From: an uncultured Nitrososphaerota archaeon
Lineage (GTDB): Archaea; Thermoproteota; Nitrososphaeria; Nitrososphaerales; Nitrosopumilaceae
DNA length: 64,000 nt
Direction: 5' to 3'
NCBI GenBank assembly: GCA_963701075.1
Contig: OY969559.1
Location: 1,728,001 to 1,792,000 of the forward strand
Below the pieces are notes generated by a model that was not told where the DNA came from, ran no database searches, and was given only the letters and a program-made list of their open reading frames with translations. Shown one piece after another: positions 10,950 to 20,996 of this stretch. The position numbers were made by a program, and so were the translations under genes. Position 1 is the first letter of the stretch. The number at the start of each line of letters is the position of its first letter.

Positions 10950-11883
10950 CTAGATTACGCCACGAAGAATCATTATTATCTTTTCTGCTATAACATTTGC
11001 AGCTGAAAGCCTGAGCTTCTCTTGTCTGAGCTCCTATGTGAGGTGTGCAGATTACGTTGGGCAGAGTGGTAAGCTTGTTTCCAACAGCAGGCTCTTTCTC
11101 AAATACATCTAACGCTGCTCCCGCAATCTTTCCTTCCTTTAGTGCATTGTAAAGGGCATCTTCGTCAATTATCTCACCCCGGGATGTATTGATGATACAA
11201 GTTGTCTTTTTCATCTGGGACAACCTTTGCGCATTTACAAGGTGATGTGTTTCTGGAGTAAAGGGTACATGAAATGAGATGTAATCTGCACTTGATAGCA
11301 ATGTATCAAGATCTGCCTTGACTAGTCCCACTTCCCTTGAGAACTCGTCTGGTATAGGAATTACATCAAAACCTATGATATTCATGTTCAGAGCCTTTGC
11401 ATGTCTTGCAAGTTTCTTTCCAATGTTTCCCAGCCCAACTATTCCAAGATATTTGCCAGAAAGTTCGCTGCCCATCAATTCCTTCTTTAGCCATTTGCCA
11501 TTTCGTATCTCTCTGTCTGCTCGTGGTATCTCTCTTGCAAGCGATAGCATCAATCCCAATACAAGCTCAGCAACTGCATTCATTGCACCTTCTACTGCAT
11601 TGATTACACGTATGCCCTTTGCCTTTGCAGCGTCAGTATCAACATTATCAAGGCCCACCCCAACTCGTGCAATTATTTTACACTTGTTGGCTTTTTCAAT
11701 CAAGTCCCGTGTTAGCTTGGTCCTGCTTCGCACTATGACGATTTCATAGTTGCCAATTTTTTCCTTTATCTGTTCTGGTGTAATCTCCGGCTCGTATGTA
11801 ATTTTCAAACCATTTTTTTGCAAAATTTCATTTAGTATTTTATCAACTTGATCACAGATGAGAACTGTTTGGTTCATGCTCAT
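10950..11883 (-). CDS. serA: D-3-phosphoglycerate dehydrogenase-family hydroxyacid dehydrogenase (apparent frameshift near 11005 fuses it to the next ORF)
   Basis: ARVGVGLDNVD, GLGNIG, NTSRG, TPHIGA; natural end AANVIAEKIIMILRGVI* in another frame, stop at 10950-10952. Confidence 0.8.
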
Positions 11884-11961
11884 GCAAGAATCCCACTATG
11901 TACAGAATATAATCATTGTGTGATACTAGGATAAAAAAGGAAAAAGTTGGAATTAATGGAC

Positions 11962-13296
11962 TTATTGTCCAGACATTCCGGTCATGCTTCCTGACATTCC
12001 GGTCATGTTTAGTTGGGCAGCACGATCGCTTGAGCATTCACAGTGGACAAATGTCTGCTGTGCGATGCTTGTATCAGGTACGCTCGAGACTGGAGGTACA
12101 GCATCCGATGGATTTGGAGCTGGACTTGCCTGAGCTAACTGGACTGCAGCTGCACCAGTAAAGATTGCAGCATAGTCATGATTGACTATCACATATGCGC
12201 CCGGTTGGTCATAGACCACATCAACTATTGCATCTTGTGAACCACCAATGTTCCATGTCTGAGTGCCCATTGCTTGTACCATATTACCTTGTGTAACTCT
12301 GTCCATCTGTCCTCCCACAATGTGGAAGAATACTGGCATGTTACCTTGGTTCACTACGAAGTATCGTATGTGTTGACCAACTGGTAGAATCAACGGGGCA
12401 GACTTGTCATTAGCTGCTGGAGCATTGTTCCATACCTTTGTTACAACTGGATCATAGCCAAATGGCTTGCCGTTGATTACAGTCCAAGTTGTATTGTGTA
12501 AGAACATTGCAGCTTGGTTGTAAGATCCGTCTGCATTAAGGTATAGTTGGCTGAATTGCAAAGTGAACTCGTATGCTGCTGGGTCAATCAAGGTTTGGTT
12601 TAGTACAACCTGACCGTTTTGTGTCGCGGTTCTTGTGATTAGGAGTTTGTGATATCCATTGAGTGGATCAACAATTATCATTCCGTACATGCCGGAAAGA
12701 ACATGCTGGTCCATTCCAATAACACCTACACCTTCACAGTGATACTTGAAGGCACCAGGATAGTTTGCAATGTATGCATATGTGTTCGACTTGCCTGGCA
12801 TCACAGGACCAAAGTTTGGCACTGCTGAGATTTGAGCAGCGTGCATGTCAAGGCTATGACCTGTCAGCTCAGTTGATGGTACATTTAGTGTAACTTCGAC
12901 TACATCGCCTTGTGTTACTCTAATTGTTGGACCAGGAACTTGGCCGTCAAAAGTCATTGCATCATACATTTGTCCGCCAGGAATTGGCAGCTTGACGCTT
13001 TGTGCGGTCAGGGTAATCTCATGTACGGTTCGACCATTTGCTTTTTCAACAGCAACTTGATCTAGAGGAATTGCATCCGCTCCGACCATATTGAATACCA
13101 GACCACCGACGCTCTGTACATCTTTTGCAGTGACAGAATCAATTGTCTGTGGTGTGACTTTGTCAATTGTAGCTGGTGATACGCTTTGTGCGTTACCAGA
13201 TACTACCTGCGTGTTTGAATATGTGCTACCGAACAGAAAGCTGGCCACTGCTACTACTGCAACAATGGACAGTATACTGTATCGTTTATTCATCAT
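11962..13296 (-). CDS. nirK: copper-containing nitrite reductase (NirK-type multicopper protein)
   Basis: Cu-ligand motifs HSLDMH, YHC, HVLSGM, FFHIVG, VNHD; signal peptide. Confidence 0.85.
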   Translation of the reverse strand: MMNKRYSILSIVAVVAVASFLFGSTYSNTQVVSGNAQSVSPATIDKVTPQTIDSVTAKDVQSVGGLVFNMVGADAIPLDQVAVEKANGRTVHEITLTAQSVKLPIPGGQMYDAMTFDGQVPGPTIRVTQGDVVEVTLNVPSTELTGHSLDMHAAQISAVPNFGPVMPGKSNTYAYIANYPGAFKYHCEGVGVIGMDQHVLSGMYGMIIVDPLNGYHKLLITRTATQNGQVVLNQTLIDPAAYEFTLQFSQLYLNADGSYNQAAMFLHNTTWTVINGKPFGYDPVVTKVWNNAPAANDKSAPLILPVGQHIRYFVVNQGNMPVFFHIVGGQMDRVTQGNMVQAMGTQTWNIGGSQDAIVDVVYDQPGAYVIVNHDYAAIFTGAAAVQLAQASPAPNPSDAVPPVSSVPDTSIAQQTFVHCECSSDRAAQLNMTGMSGSMTGMSGQ

Positions 13297-13394
13297 CTCG
13301 AATTTTGTTTATAAGTATATTAACCTATTGGGTTTTTGCCCCAAAACAAGTGGAACTTACGATCTTTACTTGAGATATTTTTGTAATTTTTCAA

Positions 13395-14795
13395 ATGCGA
13401 ATGAATATTAGGAATTTTGATTGCATGATGCACGTGGAATATAGAACAGAGCGAGATTCTCTAGGAGAGGTAAAGATTCCAGCAGATGCATATTATGGCG
13501 CCTTTACATCAAGGGCAATCAACCAGTACCACGTAACTGGTCTCAAGCCGCACATCAATTTGATAATGGCCTTTGTGATGATCAAAAGATCAGCTGCAGT
13601 TGCCAACATGAAGACTGGATCAATAGATGCAAAACGCGGCAATGCCATAGTCAAGGCATGCGATAAAATATTGGCAGGAAAATTTCTTGAACAGTTTCTC
13701 ATAGAGCCAATTAACTCTGGTGCTGGTACAGCATTTAACATGAATACAAACGAAGTCATTTCAAACGTAGCTTTAGAAATTCTTGGAGAAAAGAAAGGAA
13801 ATGACAAAGTCCTACATCCCAATGATCATGTCAACATGTCCCAGTCAAGCAATGACACATTTCCAACTGCCATGCATATGGCAATACTTTTCAACATAAA
13901 ACAAGTCATCCCCGCACTGGATGATCTTATAAAAATAATAACAAAAAAAGCAAGAGAGTTTTCAGGATACCAAAAAATAGGCAGAACGCATCTAATGGAT
14001 GCTCTTCCTGTAACTCTTGGAGGAGAGTTTGCAGCATATGGAACTGCTATTGCAAAAGCACGTGATGCGATTTTTGCCGCAAAAAAAGAATTGGAACACA
14101 TTGCATTAGGCGGAACTGCTGTTGGTACAGGTGCAAACACTCCAAAAGGATACAGAACTATTGTGATATCAGAGCTTGCAAAGATTTCAAAATTGCGGCT
14201 CATGCCGCAGTCTGATATGCAATATGGTTTGCAGAGCAGATTTGCAGTAGCGAATATTTCATCTGCTCTGAGAAATTTGGCTCTTGAGATGGGAAGATTT
14301 TCAAATGATCTCAGATTGATGGCTTCTGGCCCTGTTGCCGGTCTATCAGAACTTGGAATACCTGCGGTTCATGCAGGTTCTTCCATCATGCCAGGAAAAG
14401 TCAATCCCTCTCTTGCAGAATGCATGAACATGGTATGCTTTGACATCATAGGCAACGATACAACTGTAGCCCTTGCAGTACAGTCAGGTCAGTTTGAGCT
14501 CAATGTGATGCTGCCTGTAATGTTAAAGGCAGTTTTGGAATCAACAGACATGTTAAAGAATTTCGTACCAATATTTTCACGCAACCTAGTTGCAGGACTT
14601 AGCGCAAACAAACAGAAGCTTAAACATTATATCGAAAACAGTCCTGTGATAGTAACATTGCTTGCGCCAAAGCTTGGCTATCTAGCCTCTGCTGACCTGT
14701 ACAAGGAATCTCTCAAGACTGGAAAGACCATACGACAACTCGTAGTCTCAAAGGGATTAATGAGTGAAAAAGAAGTCAACTCACTATTAGGATAG
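13395..14795 (+). CDS. aspartate ammonia-lyase / class II fumarate hydratase family
   Basis: GSSIMPGKVNP signature, HPNDHVNMSQSSND, GRTHLMDA. Confidence 0.9.
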   Translation: MRMNIRNFDCMMHVEYRTERDSLGEVKIPADAYYGAFTSRAINQYHVTGLKPHINLIMAFVMIKRSAAVANMKTGSIDAKRGNAIVKACDKILAGKFLEQFLIEPINSGAGTAFNMNTNEVISNVALEILGEKKGNDKVLHPNDHVNMSQSSNDTFPTAMHMAILFNIKQVIPALDDLIKIITKKAREFSGYQKIGRTHLMDALPVTLGGEFAAYGTAIAKARDAIFAAKKELEHIALGGTAVGTGANTPKGYRTIVISELAKISKLRLMPQSDMQYGLQSRFAVANISSALRNLALEMGRFSNDLRLMASGPVAGLSELGIPAVHAGSSIMPGKVNPSLAECMNMVCFDIIGNDTTVALAVQSGQFELNVMLPVMLKAVLESTDMLKNFVPIFSRNLVAGLSANKQKLKHYIENSPVIVTLLAPKLGYLASADLYKESLKTGKTIRQLVVSKGLMSEKEVNSLLG

Positions 14796-14796
14796 C

Positions 14797-16065
14797 ATGG
14801 CAAAGATCTGGGTTGAGGCATACGGGTGTTCTGCAAGCTTTGCAGACTCTGAAATGATTATCGGTCTTGTAGTAAATGGCGGCCACACGCTTGCAGAAGA
14901 TCCTTCAGACGCTGACCTCAGTGTCATAGTTACATGTTCAGTCAAGGACGTAACTGCGCACAAGATGGCACATAGAATAAAACGATTAAAGAGCAAGCCG
15001 CTAGTTGTGGCCGGCTGCCTTCCCAAGGCAGAGACAGTAACTGTGGAAAAATTCAGTCCAAAGGCAAGCCTTCTTGGACCAAATTCTCTTGGAAGGACGC
15101 TTGAGGTAATTGATTCCACACTTAGGGGCCACAAAAGAATTGAACTTGAAGATTCAGACACATCAAAGATAGGGCTGCCAAAGGTACGCCTAAACCCAGC
15201 TGTTGGAATAGTGGAGATAGCTAGCGGGTGCATGAGCGAGTGTACTTTTTGCCAGACGAAATTATCAAAAGGAGAGATTCGCAGTTTTAGGATAGGAGAT
15301 ATCGTAAGGCAGGTAAGGCAAGAGATCGATGACGGATGCAGAGAGGTATGGCTAACATCTACTGACAATGGTTGTTATGGTTTTGATATTGGAACAGATC
15401 TTCCAAGTCTGGTAAATGCCGTATCAGAGATAGAGCGAGATTTCATGATTCGTGTAGGCATGATGAATCCAATGTACATGCCAAGAATACGCAAAGACCT
15501 GCTAGAATCATTTGAAAACCCCAAACTCTTCAAATTCCTTCACATTCCCGTTCAGAGCGGAAGCAACCAAGTCCTAAAAGACATGAAACGCGGCCATACT
15601 GCAGAGGTCTTTAGAAAGTCAAGTGAGACATTTAGGAAGAAATTTGAGAGATTTACAGTTTCCACAGATGTGATAATAGGATTTCCAACAGAGACTGAAG
15701 AAGACTTTGAGCAGACACTTGACATGATACATGAGACAAGGCCTGATATTGTCAACCTCTCAAGGTATAGCGCAAGACCTGGAACAAAGGCAGCCTTGAT
15801 GGATCAAGTAAGCGTCTCAGACATGATGGAGCGAAGCAAGAAACTTTCCGAGATGGTAAACAAGATATCCCAAGAGAGAAACCAGGAATGGGTTGGCTGG
15901 AAGGGTGAGGTCTTGTTCGATGAGATCTCAGATGATACCATAAAGGGTCGCAATTATGCATACAAGCCCGTTTTTGTACAAGAGAAGATCAAACTTGGCC
16001 AGAGGATAAAAGTGGAAATAACAAGAGCCGCAAAACATGGTCTTTATGGCCAGATTGCAAGTTAA
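14797..16065 (+). CDS. MiaB-like tRNA methylthiotransferase (archaeal MtaB/CDKAL1 type)
   Basis: YGCSAS UPF0004 domain, CMSECTFC radical-SAM motif, C-terminal TRAM. Confidence 0.88.
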   Translation: MAKIWVEAYGCSASFADSEMIIGLVVNGGHTLAEDPSDADLSVIVTCSVKDVTAHKMAHRIKRLKSKPLVVAGCLPKAETVTVEKFSPKASLLGPNSLGRTLEVIDSTLRGHKRIELEDSDTSKIGLPKVRLNPAVGIVEIASGCMSECTFCQTKLSKGEIRSFRIGDIVRQVRQEIDDGCREVWLTSTDNGCYGFDIGTDLPSLVNAVSEIERDFMIRVGMMNPMYMPRIRKDLLESFENPKLFKFLHIPVQSGSNQVLKDMKRGHTAEVFRKSSETFRKKFERFTVSTDVIIGFPTETEEDFEQTLDMIHETRPDIVNLSRYSARPGTKAALMDQVSVSDMMERSKKLSEMVNKISQERNQEWVGWKGEVLFDEISDDTIKGRNYAYKPVFVQEKIKLGQRIKVEITRAAKHGLYGQIAS

Positions 16066-16139
16066 ATTTTTTAGATTGAACTTTGGATCAAAACTAAGCA
16101 ACAAAGTTTTTTAATCATTTTTGCAAGCAAGATAGAGTC

Positions 16140-17093
16140 ATGGAATTTCAAATACAAGATCCAATCTTAGTTGTTGGATTGGGCGGAGCAGGCTGCAGAC
16201 TGGCTACAAGCATAAAGGAAAGGCTTGGCTGTGATTCTCTCCTAATAAGCCATGACCCAAAAGACCTAAACCACGACTCTTCGAAGATTTTGATAAATAC
16301 CAATCCTGTTCTCAACCCTTCAGCATATCTTATCAGAGGAATATCATTTGGAGCAAGAGGCTCGATTGCACAGAAATTAGAATCCTATTCCACTATAATG
16401 ATTGTAGCCAACTTGGCAGGAAAATCTGGCGCCGCTTTGGCTCCAGTAGTATCCCAGATTGGCAAAGAATTAGGCAAAAGCGTACTTTCCTTTGGAATAA
16501 TGCCCTTCAAGTTTGAAAAAGACAGGATCTTCTTCTCAGGGGTTTCATTGAAGAGACTAAAGGCAAATTCAGATTGTACAATAATCATTGATAATGATGC
16601 TTTGCTTGACAGCAATCCTGACCTGACACCTGATTCTTGCAATGTAATCACAAATGGAGCATTGATGCATGTTGTCTCCACCCTGAAAAATTCATCTTTG
16701 CCCCTTAAGACAAATATCCTATCAACAAGCAAAGACATATCAGATATTGAAACATCACTTAGAGATTCAATCAAGATGCTTTACGAAGACGCACCTCCAA
16801 ACAACATCAAGAGTGCATTGCTCTACGTAGTAGGCGGCAACAAAGTACCAATAGGTGTTCTAAATTCAATGGTAAGCACTGTTAGCGGCATATTCAGTAA
16901 TGACAGTACACGAGTCAGCTTGTCTGTCTCAAATGGAGAAAAATCCAAGGTTGTTTTGCTTACTTCGATAGAGGGCGAGACCCGTTTTGACAAGTACGAC
17001 CCGCTTGGAATGATTCCAAAAGAAAATGTCCTTGATTGGGACGAACCAGATGCCAGTGTAAAAATTGACTTGGATCTAGAACAGATAGAATAG
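16140..17093 (+). CDS. ftsZ: divergent FtsZ-like protein (thaumarchaeal type)
   Basis: VVGLGGAG, MPFKFE, IIIDND; tubulin signature degenerate (LAGKSG). Confidence 0.75.
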   Translation: MEFQIQDPILVVGLGGAGCRLATSIKERLGCDSLLISHDPKDLNHDSSKILINTNPVLNPSAYLIRGISFGARGSIAQKLESYSTIMIVANLAGKSGAALAPVVSQIGKELGKSVLSFGIMPFKFEKDRIFFSGVSLKRLKANSDCTIIIDNDALLDSNPDLTPDSCNVITNGALMHVVSTLKNSSLPLKTNILSTSKDISDIETSLRDSIKMLYEDAPPNNIKSALLYVVGGNKVPIGVLNSMVSTVSGIFSNDSTRVSLSVSNGEKSKVVLLTSIEGETRFDKYDPLGMIPKENVLDWDEPDASVKIDLDLEQIE

Positions 17094-17095
17094 AT

Positions 17096-17656
17096 TTACT
17101 CTTTTGATTTCTTTTCAGATTTAGTTTCTGAGGGTTTCTTTTCTTCCTTCTTTGGTTTTTCTTCTGCTTTCTTCTCTACTTTCTTTTCTTCTTTCTTTGC
17201 CTTTGGTTTTTCCTCGGCTTTCTTTTCTTCCTTTGATTCCTCTTTCTGGGGTTTCTCTTCTACTTTCTTTTCTTCAGATTTTGGTTTTTCTTCCACTAAT
17301 TTTTTCTCTTCTTTCTTTTCTTTTGACTTTTCCTCTACCTTCTTCTCTTCCTTCTTTTCATCTTTCTTTGATTTCTCTTCGCCTGTTTTCTTTTCTTCTT
17401 GATATTTTGAAACTATGATATTTCCGTCATCATCTTTTGACATCTTGACTCTAATTTTTCTTGGAGGATGTCGTATTCCGCGCTCCCACACCAAGTGACT
17501 GACATCTTCCTCAATTTTCACATTTTCTGATTTCATGTGCTTTATGGCAAATTCTCGTATCATGTTTATTGCGCGCTTTGCTCTATGATTGTTTGAAGAA
17601 AGTACTACCTTTCCCAAATTAATGGTATAAATCCGCTCTAATGCTTCTTCGGACAA
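17096..17656 (-). CDS. rpl31e: 50S ribosomal protein L31e with long Lys/Glu-rich tail
   Basis: ERIYTINL...RAKRAI...WERGIRHPPRKIRV. Confidence 0.93.
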   Translation of the reverse strand: MSEEALERIYTINLGKVVLSSNNHRAKRAINMIREFAIKHMKSENVKIEEDVSHLVWERGIRHPPRKIRVKMSKDDDGNIIVSKYQEEKKTGEEKSKKDEKKEEKKVEEKSKEKKEEKKLVEEKPKSEEKKVEEKPQKEESKEEKKAEEKPKAKKEEKKVEKKAEEKPKKEEKKPSETKSEKKSKE

Positions 17657-17658
17657 GA

Positions 17659-17817
17659 CTAACCTACCCCCACGTCAGTTTTGCGCCACTGTCTTCTCTT
17701 TGGATTTGTTCTCACTTTACGTTTTGTCTTAACTATTATCCAAGCTGGAACAACTGCATTTTGTTTCAGTTTGCTCATCAACCTTATCTTCCTTGGAGTT
17801 GACTTGTTGGCACCCAT
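17659..17817 (-). CDS. rpl39e: 50S ribosomal protein L39e (52 aa, not in ORF track)
   Basis: Manual translation MGANKSTPRKIRLMSKLKQNAVVPAWIIVKTKRKVRTNPKRRQWRKTDVGVG; adjacent to rpl31e. Confidence 0.92.
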   Translation of the reverse strand: MGANKSTPRKIRLMSKLKQNAVVPAWIIVKTKRKVRTNPKRRQWRKTDVGVG

Positions 17818-17862
17818 GAACGTTTGAAAATCTGACCTCTTTTTAAATGAATCTCGAAAATA

Positions 17863-18426
17863 TTACAGTAAACCATTTGCCGACAATGCATTGACAATCT
17901 GATTTAGCATCCTGGCAGAAGCCCCCCATATCAGATGATTTTGAAATTTGAAGGTATGCATCTCCTGGATAGACTTGTGCTCTGGATCTTTGTCTTCATC
18001 CATAGTTTTCAAAAGCGGAATTAAGGGTATTTGCAAGATGGATTCTATTTCAGAGGTGGTCCTTATCAACGGGATTTTTTCCAAGATTGTAACAAATGGA
18101 GCAATCGTAAAGCCTGAATTTAGCGTTGTAACTGGCCTGAGCTGTCCTATGACTTGATTATTGGATATTTGAACCCCTATTTCCTCCCCAGTCTCCCGTA
18201 TGGCAGTAGCAAGTAGATCTGCATCACTTTTTTCCCATCTTCCGCCAGGAAACGATATCTCACCTGCATGATGGTCCATGGTTTTTGGCCGCTCAGTCAT
18301 GATTACAGAGGGTTCCGGACCACAAATCACAATTAGTACTGCGGCAAGTTTTGTGTTCTGGCTACCTTGAACTTGTGGCGATATCGAGTCTGACAGTGCG
18401 TTCTTTATTTTTTCTAGTTCCAACAT
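17863..18426 (-). CDS. Nudix hydrolase, CoA pyrophosphatase type
   Basis: HAGEISFPGG...AIRETGEEIG Nudix box; IWGASA. Confidence 0.88.
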   Translation of the reverse strand: MLELEKIKNALSDSISPQVQGSQNTKLAAVLIVICGPEPSVIMTERPKTMDHHAGEISFPGGRWEKSDADLLATAIRETGEEIGVQISNNQVIGQLRPVTTLNSGFTIAPFVTILEKIPLIRTTSEIESILQIPLIPLLKTMDEDKDPEHKSIQEMHTFKFQNHLIWGASARMLNQIVNALSANGLL

Positions 18427-18462
18427 GATGATAATGTCACGGTTTGTTATTTTCTGTTGTGA

Positions 18463-20979
18463 TCAAAGCGCAAAGTATTCAGCTTCTGGATGGTGTACAA
18501 CGATGGCAGCAGTTGATTGTTCTGGGATTATCTGTCCTGATTCTGTTAGTGTCATGCCTGATTTTTCAGGCTCTAGCAGTTTCCAAACAATATAGTGTTG
18601 CGACACATCTGGACAGTCTGGATAGCCCCAGCTATATCGCAATCCACGTTTTCCTTCTATCTTTAGCTCATCTTTTATTTTTTGGTTTATCCATGCAGCC
18701 ATTGCTTCTGCTGTTTCAACAGCAAGGCCATGTAGATAATATGCATCAGTGTACTTGTCTTCTTTGTTCCATTGTTCTATTATCTCAGAGACCTTGGTTC
18801 CAACGGTTACTGCCTGAAAAGCCACAACATCGTCCTGCCCAAAATAATCAGCAAGGCACAGATGTTTTGCACGAGACGAGCGAGGAAATTCAAACACAAG
18901 TTTTTCGCCGTTTGGATGGTCTACAGTTAGGTTTCCATCTTTTCCGTGACACTTGAAATATCCATATACTGCTCTTGGTTCAAACAATTTTTCTGCAATA
19001 ATTTTTTTCTTCCATTCTTCAAAAAGTGTTTCATGTTCTGCCTCTGACTCTTTGGCAGACTTGCCTCTCAGGCCCCAAGATAACACAAAGAGTGATTTCT
19101 TGTCAAGATACCTCCATACTTCATTTAGGTCTATATCTTTTGGCTCAAATCTTATCGTTTTATTGATATGAGGTGGAACCGGAGGAGTGACGGGTTTTAT
19201 CTCGCTGTGCTCTATTTCCTGTCCTTGGGGTTTTTCAACTACGGTCTCAGTCCATTTCTCAATTCTTTGCTGCCACTGCTCTACAAACTTTGATCTTTCT
19301 TGCGATACAAGCGTATCCATAGTCTTGAGGCCGTCAAACATTGTTTTGCAGTAAAACACTCCTGGCTTGTATATGCCGCCGTCTTTTGCAACACGGTTTA
19401 TGTAGTTGCTGTTAATTGCAGCCCCCCCACACAGCACTGGAATCTGCATATTGTTTTTTCTTGCATGCTCGACAAAAAACTGCATCTGCTTGGATGTTGA
19501 TACCAAGAGTGCTGACAGTCCTATCGCATCTGCCTTTACCTCCTCAATCTTTTCAAGAAACTTTTGCATCGGAACCTGTTTTCCTAGATCATATACAGTG
19601 TATCCATTGTTCTCAAAAATTGTCTTGACCAGATTCTTTCCAATATCATGAACGTCGCCATAAACTGTGCCCAGGACAAGTTTTCCTTTGGTGCTTCCCT
19701 TCTCCTTTAGAAGATATTTTTCAAGTTCTGCTACTGCAGCCTTCATGCATTCTGCAGATTTTAATACAAATGGCAAGATGAGCTCTCCTGCCCCAAACTT
19801 GTCGCCCACCTCCTTCATTGCAGGTAATAGATCGTCATTTAGTGTCTTGATTGCAGCTGGATGTGTAACCTCTTTTGGAGCATCAATGACCATTGCTCCT
19901 TCCTTCTCTGAGATGCCATGTTCACCCGAAATCTTTTCGTATATTGCACTTACCACGTCCTTTTCTATGCCGTCACGAATCCTGTTTACAATCCTAAAGT
20001 TGGAGCGTTTGCCTGCAGGCCATGATGGATCTACCTCAACTTTCTTTGCGGCAAGCTGTGCCGTGCCCTTTGTTGTCTCAAAATATGCGATAAACTCTGC
20101 AAGGGCATTTGGGTGCTTGTTAAATATTAGATCCTCTGCAAGGTGCCTTTCCTTCTCGTCTATTTCCGTATATGGAATCACGTCTTTTGGGTTTATTATT
20201 ACAGTATCAAGGCCTACTTTTACGGCATGATACAAAAATACAGCATTTAGTATCTTTCTTGCCCTTGGAGACAAGCCAAAGCTTATGTTGCTTAACCCAA
20301 GTGTTGTAAACGAATTTGGAAATCTTTTCTTGACTAGGCTGATTCCCTCTAGAGTATTTTTTCCGGCATCAAGAAATTCTGCCTCACCGGTAGCTAGCGT
20401 AAAAGTAAGAACGTCGAAAATAAAGTGTTGCTCTTGCAGTCCATATTTTTTTCCTGTTTCAATAAGAAGTTCTGCTGTTTCAAGTTTCTCCTGTGGAGTC
20501 TTTGCCATACCTTTAGGTCCAATGCACATGGCAATTGCTGGAACGCCATATTGGACCATCAGAGGAGCTAGCGAATGAAACCTACTTCCATCGCCTTCAA
20601 GATTAATCGAGTTAATGATTGGTTTTCCAGGAATCTGTTCCAGTGCAGCTGCTACAACCTTGGGCTCGGTAGAATCTATCACAAGTGGAGCCTCGATTTC
20701 AAGGCTGAGTGACTTGACAAGTTTTTTCATAAACTCTAGTTCGTCTGAGCGCTCCGTTGTGGCAACGCATACATCAAGACAGTGCGCTCCATCATCTACT
20801 TGGTCTCTTGCAATTTTTACCAATTCTTCAAAATTGCCATTTAGGACACATTCCTTGGCCTTTTTCGATCCTTGCGCGTTGAGTCTCTCCCCTATAATCA
20901 TGGGGGCTGGGTCTTGCCTTAGCTCTACTGCTTTTAGTGCAGAACTTACTCTAGGATCTTTCATTGTAGTCATTCTCAA
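18463..20979 (-). CDS. metH: B12-dependent methionine synthase, pterin/cap/cobalamin/activation part
   Basis: IGERLNAQGSK, GDVHDIGKNLV, RYSWGYPDCPD motifs. Confidence 0.92.
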   Translation of the reverse strand: MRMTTMKDPRVSSALKAVELRQDPAPMIIGERLNAQGSKKAKECVLNGNFEELVKIARDQVDDGAHCLDVCVATTERSDELEFMKKLVKSLSLEIEAPLVIDSTEPKVVAAALEQIPGKPIINSINLEGDGSRFHSLAPLMVQYGVPAIAMCIGPKGMAKTPQEKLETAELLIETGKKYGLQEQHFIFDVLTFTLATGEAEFLDAGKNTLEGISLVKKRFPNSFTTLGLSNISFGLSPRARKILNAVFLYHAVKVGLDTVIINPKDVIPYTEIDEKERHLAEDLIFNKHPNALAEFIAYFETTKGTAQLAAKKVEVDPSWPAGKRSNFRIVNRIRDGIEKDVVSAIYEKISGEHGISEKEGAMVIDAPKEVTHPAAIKTLNDDLLPAMKEVGDKFGAGELILPFVLKSAECMKAAVAELEKYLLKEKGSTKGKLVLGTVYGDVHDIGKNLVKTIFENNGYTVYDLGKQVPMQKFLEKIEEVKADAIGLSALLVSTSKQMQFFVEHARKNNMQIPVLCGGAAINSNYINRVAKDGGIYKPGVFYCKTMFDGLKTMDTLVSQERSKFVEQWQQRIEKWTETVVEKPQGQEIEHSEIKPVTPPVPPHINKTIRFEPKDIDLNEVWRYLDKKSLFVLSWGLRGKSAKESEAEHETLFEEWKKKIIAEKLFEPRAVYGYFKCHGKDGNLTVDHPNGEKLVFEFPRSSRAKHLCLADYFGQDDVVAFQAVTVGTKVSEIIEQWNKEDKYTDAYYLHGLAVETAEAMAAWINQKIKDELKIEGKRGLRYSWGYPDCPDVSQHYIVWKLLEPEKSGMTLTESGQIIPEQSTAAIVVHHPEAEYFAL

Positions 20980-20996
20980 TTGCTTTTTCTAAATAC

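Noticed and set aside
10261-11883. Apparent 540-aa SerA-surface protein fusion
   Set aside because: Produced by a frameshift near 11005; SerA has its own stop at 10950-10952 and the downstream gene has its own signal peptide.
16140-17093. FtsZ lacking the GGGTG(S/T)G signature as a novelty
   Set aside because: Divergent FtsZ-like proteins are an established feature of Thaumarchaeota.
17096-17420. Low-complexity CT-rich repeat and ORF 17152..17418
   Set aside because: Simply the antisense of the Lys/Glu-rich tail of L31e.
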